Origin: a virus
Taxonomy: Duplodnaviria; Caudoviricetes
Length of the DNA stretch: 64,000 nucleotides
IMG/VR virus record: IMGVR_UViG_3300009553_000023
Location: 1,448-65,447 of that record
Strand: one strand, 5' to 3'
The first letter of the stretch is position 1. Every line of letters begins with the position of its first letter. The notes beneath the pieces are model-generated. The model was not told where the DNA came from and ran no database searches. It worked only from the letters and a program-made list of their open reading frames with translations. The translations under genes and the position numbers were made by a program. Below are positions 37,895-45,899 of this stretch, piece by piece.

Positions 37895-38294
37895 CAGCGA
37901 AGGGCGCGGTATTTCTGCGTGACTTCTGCATCGGGACACGGGCGAGAGCGCTCAAGTCTGTATTCGGCGACTTCGTCGCGGCGGAGCGCAGGCGGACCAG
38001 TCGGAACGGTGTAGGCCACAACCGGATTGACTGGCGCCGGGAGTCTCAGGACCGGGCCGATGATGCTCTCGCGCCGCCCGTCAAGCGCGCGCCGCCAACC
38101 AACTGCGCCTGCTGCTGCTCCAAGAGCGCTGCGTCAGCGGCGTATAGGTCGGGCCGTTCGAGCAGCTTGCGAGTCACCTGCCAGATCTCTCTCGGTTCCA
38201 TGAACTCGTACGGCCTCACCGCCCCACTGTAGCGCCCCTCTTCTCGGTAAAGCCGCGGTCAGTGCGGCTCCCCTGAAAGCAACCGGAAGGAATC

Positions 38295-38882
38295 ATCCGA
38301 CTCCGGACCACCCTGATATCAGGGGCTCTCGTCGTGCTCTACCTGCTGCTGTTCGCGAGCCCGACGACTGCCCTGCGTCCCAGTACCACCATCGACCCCT
38401 GCATCCTCTATTCGGACTCACCTGCTTCGGTTCGCTCGTTCGTCGAGGAGGTCTGGAGCCCTGATCGTTGGCGCCGCGGTGATCCGCCGGCGAAGACGAT
38501 CCGAGCCTGGAGGCACAAGCAGCACTGTCTTCCTCCTGGATGGCAACGAGCACTGAAGAAGAGGTGGCGGGAGCTGCAGGCCGCGTTCTTCGATCGCCGT
38601 CGGGCCGAGCTTCGGCGCCGGCGCGTCACGCCCTTCTGCTCAAACGGCACCTGCTACGCGCTTCCGGTCCCCCTAGTGATCTGCGAGAGCGGGGGCAACT
38701 ACAGCTTCACGTACGGGGCCTATTCGATCTTGGATGCGGCTTGGCGAGCATGGGGCGGCAAGACCGCTCACGCCGGTGAAGCGTCCAAGCGCGAACAGGA
38801 CCTCATCGCCCACTACGGCTACAGCCGCTACGGCGAGAGCCCGTGGGAATGCAAAGGCGATGGCTCTACGGGCTGGCCGTAG
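38295..38882 (+). CDS. secreted Rpf-like lytic transglycosylase (possible ATC start)
   Basis: ICESGGNY...GAY....W...GG.....AS..EQD.IA........PW.C Rpf signature; signal peptide. Confidence 0.85.
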   Translation: MRLRTTLISGALVVLYLLLFASPTTALRPSTTIDPCILYSDSPASVRSFVEEVWSPDRWRRGDPPAKTIRAWRHKQHCLPPGWQRALKKRWRELQAAFFDRRRAELRRRRVTPFCSNGTCYALPVPLVICESGGNYSFTYGAYSILDAAWRAWGGKTAHAGEASKREQDLIAHYGYSRYGESPWECKGDGSTGWP

Positions 38883-38912
38883 ACTGCGCCGCGATAACTG
38901 AACTCTGTGACT

Positions 38913-38950
38913 GACCCCCGTTGCCCCTGGTTGGGCGGCGGGGGTTTCTT
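38913..38950 (+). terminator. intrinsic terminator
   Basis: GACCCCCGTTGCCC/GGGCGGCGGGGGTT stem then TCTT. Confidence 0.75.
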
Positions 38951-39001
38951 CGTTCTGGGGCGGTCGTCTTTAGGAACGGATAGGGTGCCGCGCCGATAGG
39001 G

Positions 39002-39214
39002 ATGGCATCGACCAATAAGGAAATTAAGGAGCTCATTCGGGAGGCCGAAAGGCAGGGCTGGAGGGTCTCGAAGACGAAAAAGGGGCACATACGCTTCTTC
39101 GCTCCAGACGGCGAAACGATCTTGACGGCACCGGGTACTCCAAGTGAGCATCGGTGGCTTAACAACCTGCTCCCGCAGCTGAGGCGCTACGGTTTCGTAT
39201 GGAAGGGAAGGTGA
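39002..39214 (+). CDS. hicA: HicA-family toxin
   Basis: KELIREAERQGWRVSKTKKGHIRF..P.G.......TPS. Confidence 0.8.
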   Translation: MASTNKEIKELIREAERQGWRVSKTKKGHIRFFAPDGETILTAPGTPSEHRWLNNLLPQLRRYGFVWKGR

Positions 39215-39221
39215 TCGCAGC

Positions 39222-39584
39222 ATGAACGATTCGATTTACCAGGCTTGGCATCGCGAACTTGGCCATGCTGAATACCGCTTGTCGATCACGATGGAAGGCT
39301 ACGGAGCTGACGAGGACGCCGCCGAGGCATTTCTCTGCGGCTTCGAGCAGGAGCACCCAGAGGTCGGGGCGGTGATCTCGCAGAACAGCGCGGAGGACAC
39401 GATCACGGCGATCTTCTCGCTCAGCGCCAACAGTGACCTGCATGCACTGAAGCTGGGTGCTGCGATTTGGGTCGAGGCGGGCGTGGCCTCCGGCTTGGTG
39501 CCCAAAGACGTCATTCGGACCGAGACGGAGCTGGTGAATGGCGAGCGCGAGCAGGCAGAGCATCAGTCGGCCGTGCTCGCCTAG
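39222..39584 (+). CDS. putative HicB-like antitoxin
   Basis: Acidic 120-aa gene directly after hicA, before a terminator. Confidence 0.55.
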   Translation: MNDSIYQAWHRELGHAEYRLSITMEGYGADEDAAEAFLCGFEQEHPEVGAVISQNSAEDTITAIFSLSANSDLHALKLGAAIWVEAGVASGLVPKDVIRTETELVNGEREQAEHQSAVLA

Positions 39585-39613
39585 CCCAACCTCAGAACAC
39601 TTAGCGACTTATT

Positions 39614-39642
39614 GCCCTCGCCTCGGCGGGGGCTTTTCTTTT
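39614..39642 (+). terminator. intrinsic terminator
   Basis: GCCCTCGCC/GGCGGGGGC stem plus TTTTCTTTT. Confidence 0.8.
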
Positions 39643-39747
39643 GCCCGGCGCCGGTCAGCGCCGTAACAGCGAACCACGCCGTGTATCTGATCCACTTCGG
39701 CGAGAGGCTATGGCTATTCCGCCCCGTGGCGGATTGGCTTCACGGGG

Positions 39748-39978
39748 ATGGGAGAGGCAGGGGACCTACAGCGCCGGCTCGGCGAAGCGATCAAGAAACG
39801 GCGCGAACGAGACGCCGTCTCGCAGGAGAGCCTGGCCGCGAAGGCTGACCTCCATCCGACCTTCCTCTCTGAACTGGAGAACGGCCATAAGGATTTGCGG
39901 CTCTCGACGCTCTGCAAGGTCGCAGACGGGCTCGGCATCTCGGTGCTCGAGCTGATCGGCCTCGCTGAACGCACATAG
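39748..39978 (+). CDS. XRE-family HTH regulator
   Basis: LGEAIKKRR....SQESLAAKADLHPTFLSELENG. Confidence 0.88.
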   Translation: MGEAGDLQRRLGEAIKKRRERDAVSQESLAAKADLHPTFLSELENGHKDLRLSTLCKVADGLGISVLELIGLAERT

Positions 39979-40098
39979 GACTTCGGTGATCGGCTAAGGT
40001 CCAGAGCGAGCTTCGGTCACTCCCTCGACCGTCGCACCAGCTCGATGACTGGAAGAAGACGCCCCTCGGCTATCCGCTGGCCGAGGGGCGTTTTGTCG

Positions 40099-40488
40099 TC
40101 ATAGGTCCCGCAGCTTCTTCGGGAGCCGGGGCAACTTGCGTTCTCTGTAGGCCTGCTCGATCGCCTTGGCCAACTGCTTCAGTTCGTACTCGGCCCCCTC
40201 GCCGGCAGGGTGGACCGTGAAGCTGTCCAGCTCTTTCAGCGCCCGGATTACTTCCTCGCTGAGCTCGAGGCTTGGGTTGATCTCGCGGATGAAGCGGATC
40301 AGAAACCTGTTGCAGGCCGCTTTGTACCGACTGGCTTCCTGAACACCCATGAGGATCGTCAGCCGTAGGGCTTGGTGCAGGTAGACATAGCCGCTTTCCG
40401 AGGCCCCTTGCCAGGCGAAGGGCAGACTTTCCTCCTCGAGGGCTTGGTCGAGGTCTACGTAGATCTGTCGGTTGCCGGCTTCTCCCAT
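40099..40488 (-). CDS. hypothetical protein under LexA box (antirepressor candidate)
   Basis: 129-aa ORF whose ATG abuts an SOS box. Confidence 0.65.
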   Translation of the reverse strand: MGEAGNRQIYVDLDQALEEESLPFAWQGASESGYVYLHQALRLTILMGVQEASRYKAACNRFLIRFIREINPSLELSEEVIRALKELDSFTVHPAGEGAEYELKQLAKAIEQAYRERKLPRLPKKLRDL

Positions 40489-40504
40489 GCGAACGCATGT
40501 TCGA
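40489..40504. promoter_or_regulatory. LexA (SOS) box
   Basis: GCGAACGCATGTTCGA vs actinobacterial consensus TCGAAC-N4-GTTCGA; minus-strand TTGACC -35 at 40521-40526. Confidence 0.7.
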
Positions 40505-40619
40505 TCTCAAGGGCTCTGAGGTCAAGCGGTACGCCCGCGGTCTACGGCCTGCTGGCCCTATGAGCCAAGAAGCGCAACCGTTCCCTGCTAGGGAGTAGGG
40601 GGAAGGCGCCGGGATCTTG

Positions 40620-40826
40620 ATGCCCGTCATGCCCGACGTCGACCCCCTTAAGAGACTGAGAGAGATCGCGAAGCTGGAACGCGAAGTCGAGGGGCTGCGC
40701 CCGGAACGCAACCGCCTCATGGGAGAGGCTGCCGGCGAAGGCCACTCCCGGCAGACGATCGCCGACGCGGCTGACAAGTCAAAGACCCACGTCAAGGACA
40801 TCCTCAGGGAGGTCCTGGCCAAATAG
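40620..40826 (+). CDS. small coiled-coil plus HTH protein
   Basis: RNRLMGEAAGEGHSRQTIADAADKSKTHVKDIL. Confidence 0.65.
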   Translation: MPVMPDVDPLKRLREIAKLEREVEGLRPERNRLMGEAAGEGHSRQTIADAADKSKTHVKDILREVLAK

Positions 40827-40892
40827 ATGGGTAGGTGGCCTACCCCCTTTTAGGCCATCGGGCTTCGCTCTTCCGGTACGGTCGCGGACCTT

Positions 40893-41651
40893 ATGGCGGA
40901 GCAATCAGCCCTGAGCGCCTACGAGCAGATGGCGCCGTTCTACGATGACTTCACGGCGCACCACGACTACAGGTCCCTGACCGTTGATTTGCTCGACATA
41001 CTTGGGCGCTGGGGGTTGCGGGGCGATCGACTGCTCGACGTAGGCTGCGGCACAGGAAACAGCTTCATGGAGATGTTGTCCGGTGGCTGGAAAGTGACGG
41101 CGTGTGACATCTCGCCTTTGATGTTGGCGAAAGCCCGGGCAAAGTCGCCCGCGTCAGTTCGATTGGAGGTCGCCGACATGCGCGAACTCCCCGCGCTCGG
41201 GGAGTTCGACCTGATCTGGGCGCTCGATGACGCAGTGAATTACCTGCTGAGCCTCGAGGAACTCGTGTCGACACTGACGGCGATGCGAGCCAACCTTGCC
41301 CCTGCGGGTCTCCTGCTCTTCGATGTCAACGAGCTCCTGATGTATCGGACCTTCTTCGCCGAAGAGAGCACGACGGAGTTCGACGGGCGGCGCGTAACGT
41401 GGCGCGGCCTCACCGCACGAGATGTGGCACCAGGCTCGATCTGCGAAGCTGAGGGGATAGCTGGCGCTCACGTCGCCCGCCATCAGCAGCGGCACTTCCC
41501 GGAAGCGACAGTGCTGCAAGCGCTGGATCGCGCTGGCTTGCAATGTCTCGCCGTCTATGGCTCCCATGATGGGGGCCTAGAGCAGCCGCTTGACCAATCG
41601 GCGCACACCAAGGCCGTCTACGTCGCGCGAACTGGAACGGGTAATGGGTAG
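40893..41651 (+). CDS. class I SAM-dependent methyltransferase (not a DNA methylase)
   Basis: LLDVGCGTG, CDISPLML, ADMRELP..GEFDLI, DAVNYL; no NPPY or PCQ motif. Confidence 0.9.
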   Translation: MAEQSALSAYEQMAPFYDDFTAHHDYRSLTVDLLDILGRWGLRGDRLLDVGCGTGNSFMEMLSGGWKVTACDISPLMLAKARAKSPASVRLEVADMRELPALGEFDLIWALDDAVNYLLSLEELVSTLTAMRANLAPAGLLLFDVNELLMYRTFFAEESTTEFDGRRVTWRGLTARDVAPGSICEAEGIAGAHVARHQQRHFPEATVLQALDRAGLQCLAVYGSHDGGLEQPLDQSAHTKAVYVARTGTGNG

Positions 41652-41692
41652 CGGACCGGCCCGCCAGATTTGCCGGCAAAGGCCAGTCCGCC
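41650..41692 (-). terminator. hairpin between convergent methyltransferase and peptide genes
   Basis: GCGGACTGGCC/GGCCGGTCCGC (G-U pair only on the minus strand) enclosing TTTGCCGGCAAA. Confidence 0.5.
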
Positions 41693-41700
41693 ACGCTCCA

Positions 41701-41760
41701 CTAGCGGAACTTGCCGATCTGAACGTGCGGAGCTACTGGCGAAATTGGCGCGATCGTCAC
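41701..41760 (-). CDS. 19-aa peptide MTIAPISPVAPHVQIGKFR
   Basis: SD AGGAGGT 8 nt before GTG; TAG at 41701-41703; followed by hairpin; below ORF-track cutoff. Confidence 0.65.
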   Translation of the reverse strand: MTIAPISPVAPHVQIGKFR

Positions 41761-41881
41761 TGGGCATCACCTCCTCTCGTCGTCGAAGGAAGCTGCACAG
41801 AAAGGACCTTTGCAGCGGTGGAGGATGTTCCACCGGTAAAGGAACGTTGAATCGCCAGCCGGTCAGCAAGATTCGTTTAGC

Positions 41882-42502
41882 ATGAAAACCCTTGAGCCTG
41901 AGTTAGAGGAGAGGAGTCTGGGCCACATGCCGACGAAGGCGCAACGAGAACAACGCGAGGCCAACCGCAATAAGGCAATGGGGCATGCCATCCGAGCCGC
42001 TGCATTTCGAGTGATCCGAGACGCGCCGGCTAGCCCTTCTGATGTCGCCAAGGAGATCGGCGAGTCAACGCAGAGCGTGAGCTTCCACATGAAACAACTC
42101 GTGAAGCTCGGCTGCGCTGAACTCATCGAGCAGCGGATCGTCGGAGGCAACGTCAAGAACATCTACAAGGCGACAGAGCCGTTCATGATCGAGACGGAGG
42201 AGTGGGAAGAACTGGCCCCTGAGGTCAAGGACGCTCGAGCACGGGACTTTGCCCAGGCTCATGTCGACGATCTAGTCCTCTGGGCCAGGACTCACGGCGG
42301 GAAGGATAAGTTCTTTCACCTCACCGGCAATCACTATTCGTTGGACGAGCAAGGGCGCGATCGGATCATGGAGATCGCGGAAGAAGCCCGGCTCGCCTCC
42401 GAGGAGGAGGCCGCAGCGGCAGCCCAGCGAATCGCTGATGGTGCTGACTCGATGCGCGTTGCCACCATGATCGGTGTAATCGAGGTCCCGGCTACCAAGT
42501 AA
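41882..42502 (+). CDS. ArsR-like winged-HTH regulator with extended C-terminal domain
   Basis: KAMGHAIR......ASPSDVAKEIGES...VSFHMKQLVKLGCAEL...YKA, plus ~100-aa C-terminal domain. Confidence 0.85.
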   Translation: MKTLEPELEERSLGHMPTKAQREQREANRNKAMGHAIRAAAFRVIRDAPASPSDVAKEIGESTQSVSFHMKQLVKLGCAELIEQRIVGGNVKNIYKATEPFMIETEEWEELAPEVKDARARDFAQAHVDDLVLWARTHGGKDKFFHLTGNHYSLDEQGRDRIMEIAEEARLASEEEAAAAAQRIADGADSMRVATMIGVIEVPATK

Positions 42503-42560
42503 AGCTTGCTTGAACGGTATCCGCTTGACACCTCGGTGAGTACTCCGAAAAGCTGCGGCC

Positions 42561-42611
42561 ATGCAGAACGGGGAGGGGAGGCGGCCGAATGTTATTGTCT
42601 ACGTCTGGTGA
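42561..42611 (+). CDS. 16-aa leaderless peptide MQNGEGRRPNVIVYVW
   Basis: TTGACA (42525-30), 18 bp, AAAGCT (42549-54) puts predicted TSS at the ATG. Confidence 0.35.
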   Translation: MQNGEGRRPNVIVYVW

Positions 42612-42715
42612 TCACGTGAGCGGGTTGGTCAGGGAGAAGGAACGAGCGATGACGATCGCCTATACGTCTCTGTGGCAACTCCGCGAACTCGACCCCGATG
42701 AGGAGCCAACGCAAC

Positions 42716-43150
42716 TCAGGATTGCTCGGATTGAGCTTGGTCGTCGTCTAGGTCGGGCGGACGTATCCGAAGCTCGCCCCCTGGCTCGCCGGAGTCGTCC
42801 GGCGGCTGAGGCCACGCAGGCGACCCAGGCTCGGGCTGATCGCCACCTTCGAGCCGTCGCCATGCCTGCACCATCGCCGGCAACTGGCTGAAATCGACTG
42901 AGAAGAACTCATGTGGCAGACCGGTTGCCTCCTGAACGAGCCTAACCGCCTTCTCGCGTTTGCTGGCCCGTAGACGGAACCGCTTCTCGCTTCCAAACTC
43001 ACCGTGCTCCCAGAGCCGCAGGTCGTGGCGGTCGACTTTAAGGCGCTTTGCAAACTCCTCACCGGATTCTCGGAGATAGCCACGACCAGCGCTGAGGCGC
43101 CTGCCGAGCTCTGAATCCGAAATTGGCTCGCCCATATCGGGGCGGACCAT
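42716..43150 (-). CDS. putative immunity repressor (XRE-like, no S24 domain)
   Basis: ELGRRLSAGRGYLRESGEEFAKRLKVDRHDLRLWEHG HTH; divergent from early operon. Confidence 0.65.
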   Translation of the reverse strand: MVRPDMGEPISDSELGRRLSAGRGYLRESGEEFAKRLKVDRHDLRLWEHGEFGSEKRFRLRASKREKAVRLVQEATGLPHEFFSVDFSQLPAMVQAWRRLEGGDQPEPGSPAWPQPPDDSGEPGGELRIRPPDLDDDQAQSEQS

Positions 43151-43213
43151 AGCCGCTCTTTCGTGCCTAGGGCGCGAACGATTTCCCTGCTCTTTCCGAG
43201 AAGTAGCAACAAA

Positions 43214-43245
43214 TTGACAGAACTTCTATCAATCTGGTATAACTT
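43214..43245 (+). promoter_or_regulatory. early promoter with overlapping operator palindrome
   Basis: TTGACA, 18 bp, TGgTATAAC; TTGACAGAA-C-TTCTATCAA inverted repeat (8/9) at 43214-43232. Confidence 0.75.
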
Positions 43246-43253
43246 CGTCCACG

Positions 43254-43439
43254 ATGAGCAAGCAAGCAGAGCTGACTCAAGTTGGTGCCCAGATCGATGG
43301 CGACCTCTTGGCCCTTCTAGACGCGAGGTGCGAACGAGAGGGACGCAAGCGTGCCCAAGGGATTCGCCAAGCGATCAAGGCTTGGGCCGAGCCAACAGAG
43401 GACCGCCAGTCCCCAGCTGACCAAAAGGCAGCCGCCTGA
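43254..43439 (+). CDS. ribbon-helix-helix protein in the Cro position
   Basis: QVGAQIDGDLLALLDARCEREGRKRAQGIRQAIKAW. Confidence 0.7.
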   Translation: MSKQAELTQVGAQIDGDLLALLDARCEREGRKRAQGIRQAIKAWAEPTEDRQSPADQKAAA

Positions 43440-43726
43440 TGGCTGGGCGCGATCTCGTCAGCGAGTACTTCAACGAGCCGATCCTCTATGGCGGCCTGAT
43501 CTGCACCCGAGCAGAGGCGATCGCCGACATGGAAGTGCAGGGCATGAGCAAGCGCTGCATCGACCGCTGGATGTTCGGTGCTGAAACTGCGCCTGATCCC
43601 GCGATCCTGGTCGTTGACGAGGGCGATAACTGCAGCGCCTGGGAGCCCATCGGTGTCACGCCCGCTGCTCGCGGCGAGGGCAAGAGCGAAAGCATCGCCC
43701 ACTACTTCGAAGCGGTAGGTGCCTGA
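43439..43726 (+). CDS. hypothetical early protein
   Basis: TGATG coupling. Confidence 0.55.
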   Translation: MAGRDLVSEYFNEPILYGGLICTRAEAIADMEVQGMSKRCIDRWMFGAETAPDPAILVVDEGDNCSAWEPIGVTPAARGEGKSESIAHYFEAVGA

Positions 43727-44013
43727 TGCACCGCCCGACCTACTTCCGGCGCCCCGGTGGCCTCATGCGCTGCTGCCTCGACTCCCTGGACTCCCACATG
43801 GTCACCAGGATGGCCGCGGGGGAAGGGCCTCCAGAGGACGGGGATACCAATACGACCCAGTGCTGCCAGATGCCTCTCGTGCATCGAGATGGTGCTTGGG
43901 AGTGGGCGAAGCCGAGGAAGGCACCTTGGAGTGACCCGCTCGGAGGGGCTGAGGAGCAGGTAGCCCAGGCACGTGCTGAACAAGAGGCGCGGGTCGAGGA
44001 GGTCGCTCGATGA
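43726..44013 (+). CDS. hypothetical early protein
   Basis: TGATG coupling. Confidence 0.55.
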   Translation: MHRPTYFRRPGGLMRCCLDSLDSHMVTRMAAGEGPPEDGDTNTTQCCQMPLVHRDGAWEWAKPRKAPWSDPLGGAEEQVAQARAEQEARVEEVAR

Positions 44014-44179
44014 CCACCGCCACCCACACCCCCTCGGACCCCTACATGCAGCCGATGGGGCGACCCGCAGGGCACATGTACCACGTCCCCTGCAAGGACT
44101 CGGAACAGCGGGCCTTCTTCCTCAGGTGCCTTGAGCGCGATTTCCGGGGATGCGAAGAAGCTGCCGGGGGCGGTGCCGT

Positions 44180-44434
44180 ATGACGGTGGCCACCCGCACC
44201 CCCTTCGTCGTAGAACGGGTTGACCTCCGTGAACCGGATCTGACTGAGACGTGGGAGGTAGAGAGCGTCGAGGATGCGGCCGCTCAGTTCGAGTCCGAGG
44301 CCTCGCCGCAGAACTGGGCGCTCGAGGACATCGAGGCTGAACTTGCCGAGCGAGGCGAGCTGCGGACCTGTGATGACGACGCGCGCTTCGAATTCGTAGC
44401 CAAGCGTCGGGATGTTGCGGGGTGGGTTCGTTGA
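44180..44434 (+). CDS. acidic hypothetical protein
   Basis: ATGA coupling. Confidence 0.5.
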   Translation: MTVATRTPFVVERVDLREPDLTETWEVESVEDAAAQFESEASPQNWALEDIEAELAERGELRTCDDDARFEFVAKRRDVAGWVR

Positions 44435-44955
44435 GCGCGGGGATCTTGCAAGACGAGCAGGTGCGACGTGCGAACGAAGCAGCGGGCCACGCGCTCTGCG
44501 GTCACTGCAACGGCACCGGCAACGAGTTGTACGCGATGTACCGGGCCTGCCCCGAGTGCGGCGGGAGCGGTGTCGCTGCGCGCCACGGCGAGCGGTGCGC
44601 GCTGGCTCGCTGGCTGATCCTCTGGCGTGAGCGCAAGGCCCGCGAGCGCGCTCTGCGCAAGCGTCGCCGGGTCGAACTCGACTGGCGGCACCCCCGAGTT
44701 GCGCTCGCGATGGCCCTCGGCTTCGGCCCGGACGCTGACGGTCAAGCGCAGTGGGAGGTCGTCAGCCGTATTCGCTGGGCTGCCTCTCACTACCTCTGCA
44801 TCGGTAGCTGGTTCTGGAACGGCAAGGACGACTGCCACCGATGCGGCGCTCAGCCGGTCGATGTTGACTTCTGCATGCGCCGGGTTGGCTTTCGCCGCGC
44901 CGAGTGCATCGACCACGAGATGTGCAGCGAAGCTGTTGCGGAGGCCACCCAGTGA
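44422..44955 (+). CDS. DnaJ-type Zn-finger protein
   Basis: CGHCNGTG...CPECGGSG. Confidence 0.6.
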   Translation: MGSLSAGILQDEQVRRANEAAGHALCGHCNGTGNELYAMYRACPECGGSGVAARHGERCALARWLILWRERKARERALRKRRRVELDWRHPRVALAMALGFGPDADGQAQWEVVSRIRWAASHYLCIGSWFWNGKDDCHRCGAQPVDVDFCMRRVGFRRAECIDHEMCSEAVAEATQ

Positions 44956-45245
44956 CCGCCCGCCAGAAAGAGGCACGTGAGCGAATGGCGGGCGAGCTTC
45001 AGCAGCTTGGCCTTTACCTGACCAGCTCGTTCGTGCGATCCGGTCGAGATTCGATGGCCCAAGGATTTGAGCACGTACTAAAGCGCGTGCCTCGCTTCGA
45101 GGCGTCGGTCGAAAAGTACGAACACGAGTGGTCGATCGAGCAATGGGGCGTCGGCACGGTCGGCTACGGCACCCTCCGTCGTCTTCGCCGCTACACCGCT
45201 GATCTGCGCGCCTTCGTCTGCCGCTGGCAGGGGGCTGAACTGTGA
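44952..45245 (+). CDS. hypothetical protein
   Basis: GTGA coupling; GGAGG RBS. Confidence 0.5.
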   Translation: MTARQKEARERMAGELQQLGLYLTSSFVRSGRDSMAQGFEHVLKRVPRFEASVEKYEHEWSIEQWGVGTVGYGTLRRLRRYTADLRAFVCRWQGAEL

Positions 45246-45760
45246 CCGCCCGCCAGCGCAGAGACTCCCGCCGGGTAGCGGTGGGGGAGCAGGTAGAAGA
45301 TCGGCGGCGCGCTTGCCAAGGCTGCGGCGCTGACCTAACTGGCGCACACGGAAAGCGCAAGTGGTGCTCCGAGCGCTGCCGAAAGGTGAACAGCTACGGC
45401 GGCAAGTGCGAAACGTGTGGGGCGCCCACAGACCCGAGCCAGGGTCCGGGTAAGGCCCCAAAGCACTGCAAGGAATGCGCCCCAGCGGCAAACGCGAAGT
45501 GGCCCCCCGAGCGCATCCTCCAGAAGATCCGCGAGTGGGCCGACTTGTACGGCGACCCGCCAGGTTGCATGGACTGGAATCCCACTCTGGCGGCCAACAA
45601 GGGCGCGGCCGACCTCGCCACGATTCGGGAGCGCTTTGAGTCCGGCGATTGGCCCTGGTACGGGTCTGTCACCTACAACTGGCCCACCTGGAACGACGCC
45701 ATTCGTGCCGCTGGCCTTCAACCGCGTGAGGCGGGCAAAGGGCGAAAGGTGTTCGCGTGA
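45242..45760 (+). CDS. Zn-finger plus homing-endonuclease-associated-repeat-like protein
   Basis: CQGCG..KWCSERCR; WPPERILQKIREWADLYGDPP...TWNDAIRAAGL. Confidence 0.6.
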   Translation: MTARQRRDSRRVAVGEQVEDRRRACQGCGADLTGAHGKRKWCSERCRKVNSYGGKCETCGAPTDPSQGPGKAPKHCKECAPAANAKWPPERILQKIREWADLYGDPPGCMDWNPTLAANKGAADLATIRERFESGDWPWYGSVTYNWPTWNDAIRAAGLQPREAGKGRKVFA

Positions 45761-45899
45761 ATCGACCCGCGCGCATAGACGTAGTGGCCCTCAGCAAGGA
45801 GATCGCAGACCGCCGCTGGGCGCGCATCTCACCGCTCCTCAAAGAGGCCAAGGCAGGCAACCCCTGTGCCAAGGAACTGCTGGCTAGGGAGGGGCGGTC

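Noticed and set aside
37892-38219. Possible frameshifted minus-strand gene
   Set aside because: Two short frames with no recognisable homology; cannot support a pseudogene call
38225-38334. c-di-AMP (ydaO) riboswitch upstream of the rpf-like gene
   Set aside because: Region is short and I could not find the conserved ydaO sequence elements; much of it is probably signal-peptide coding
39748-40735. MGEA(A)G occurring in three neighbouring ORFs
   Set aside because: Too short to distinguish from chance; flanks are unrelated
41644-41850. Plus-strand ORF MGSGPARQ... and minus-strand ORF MPSDDRA... in the methyltransferase-wHTH gap
   Set aside because: The first has no clear RBS; the second has its ATG only 1 nt from the SD. 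The GTG at 41760 has the proper spacing.
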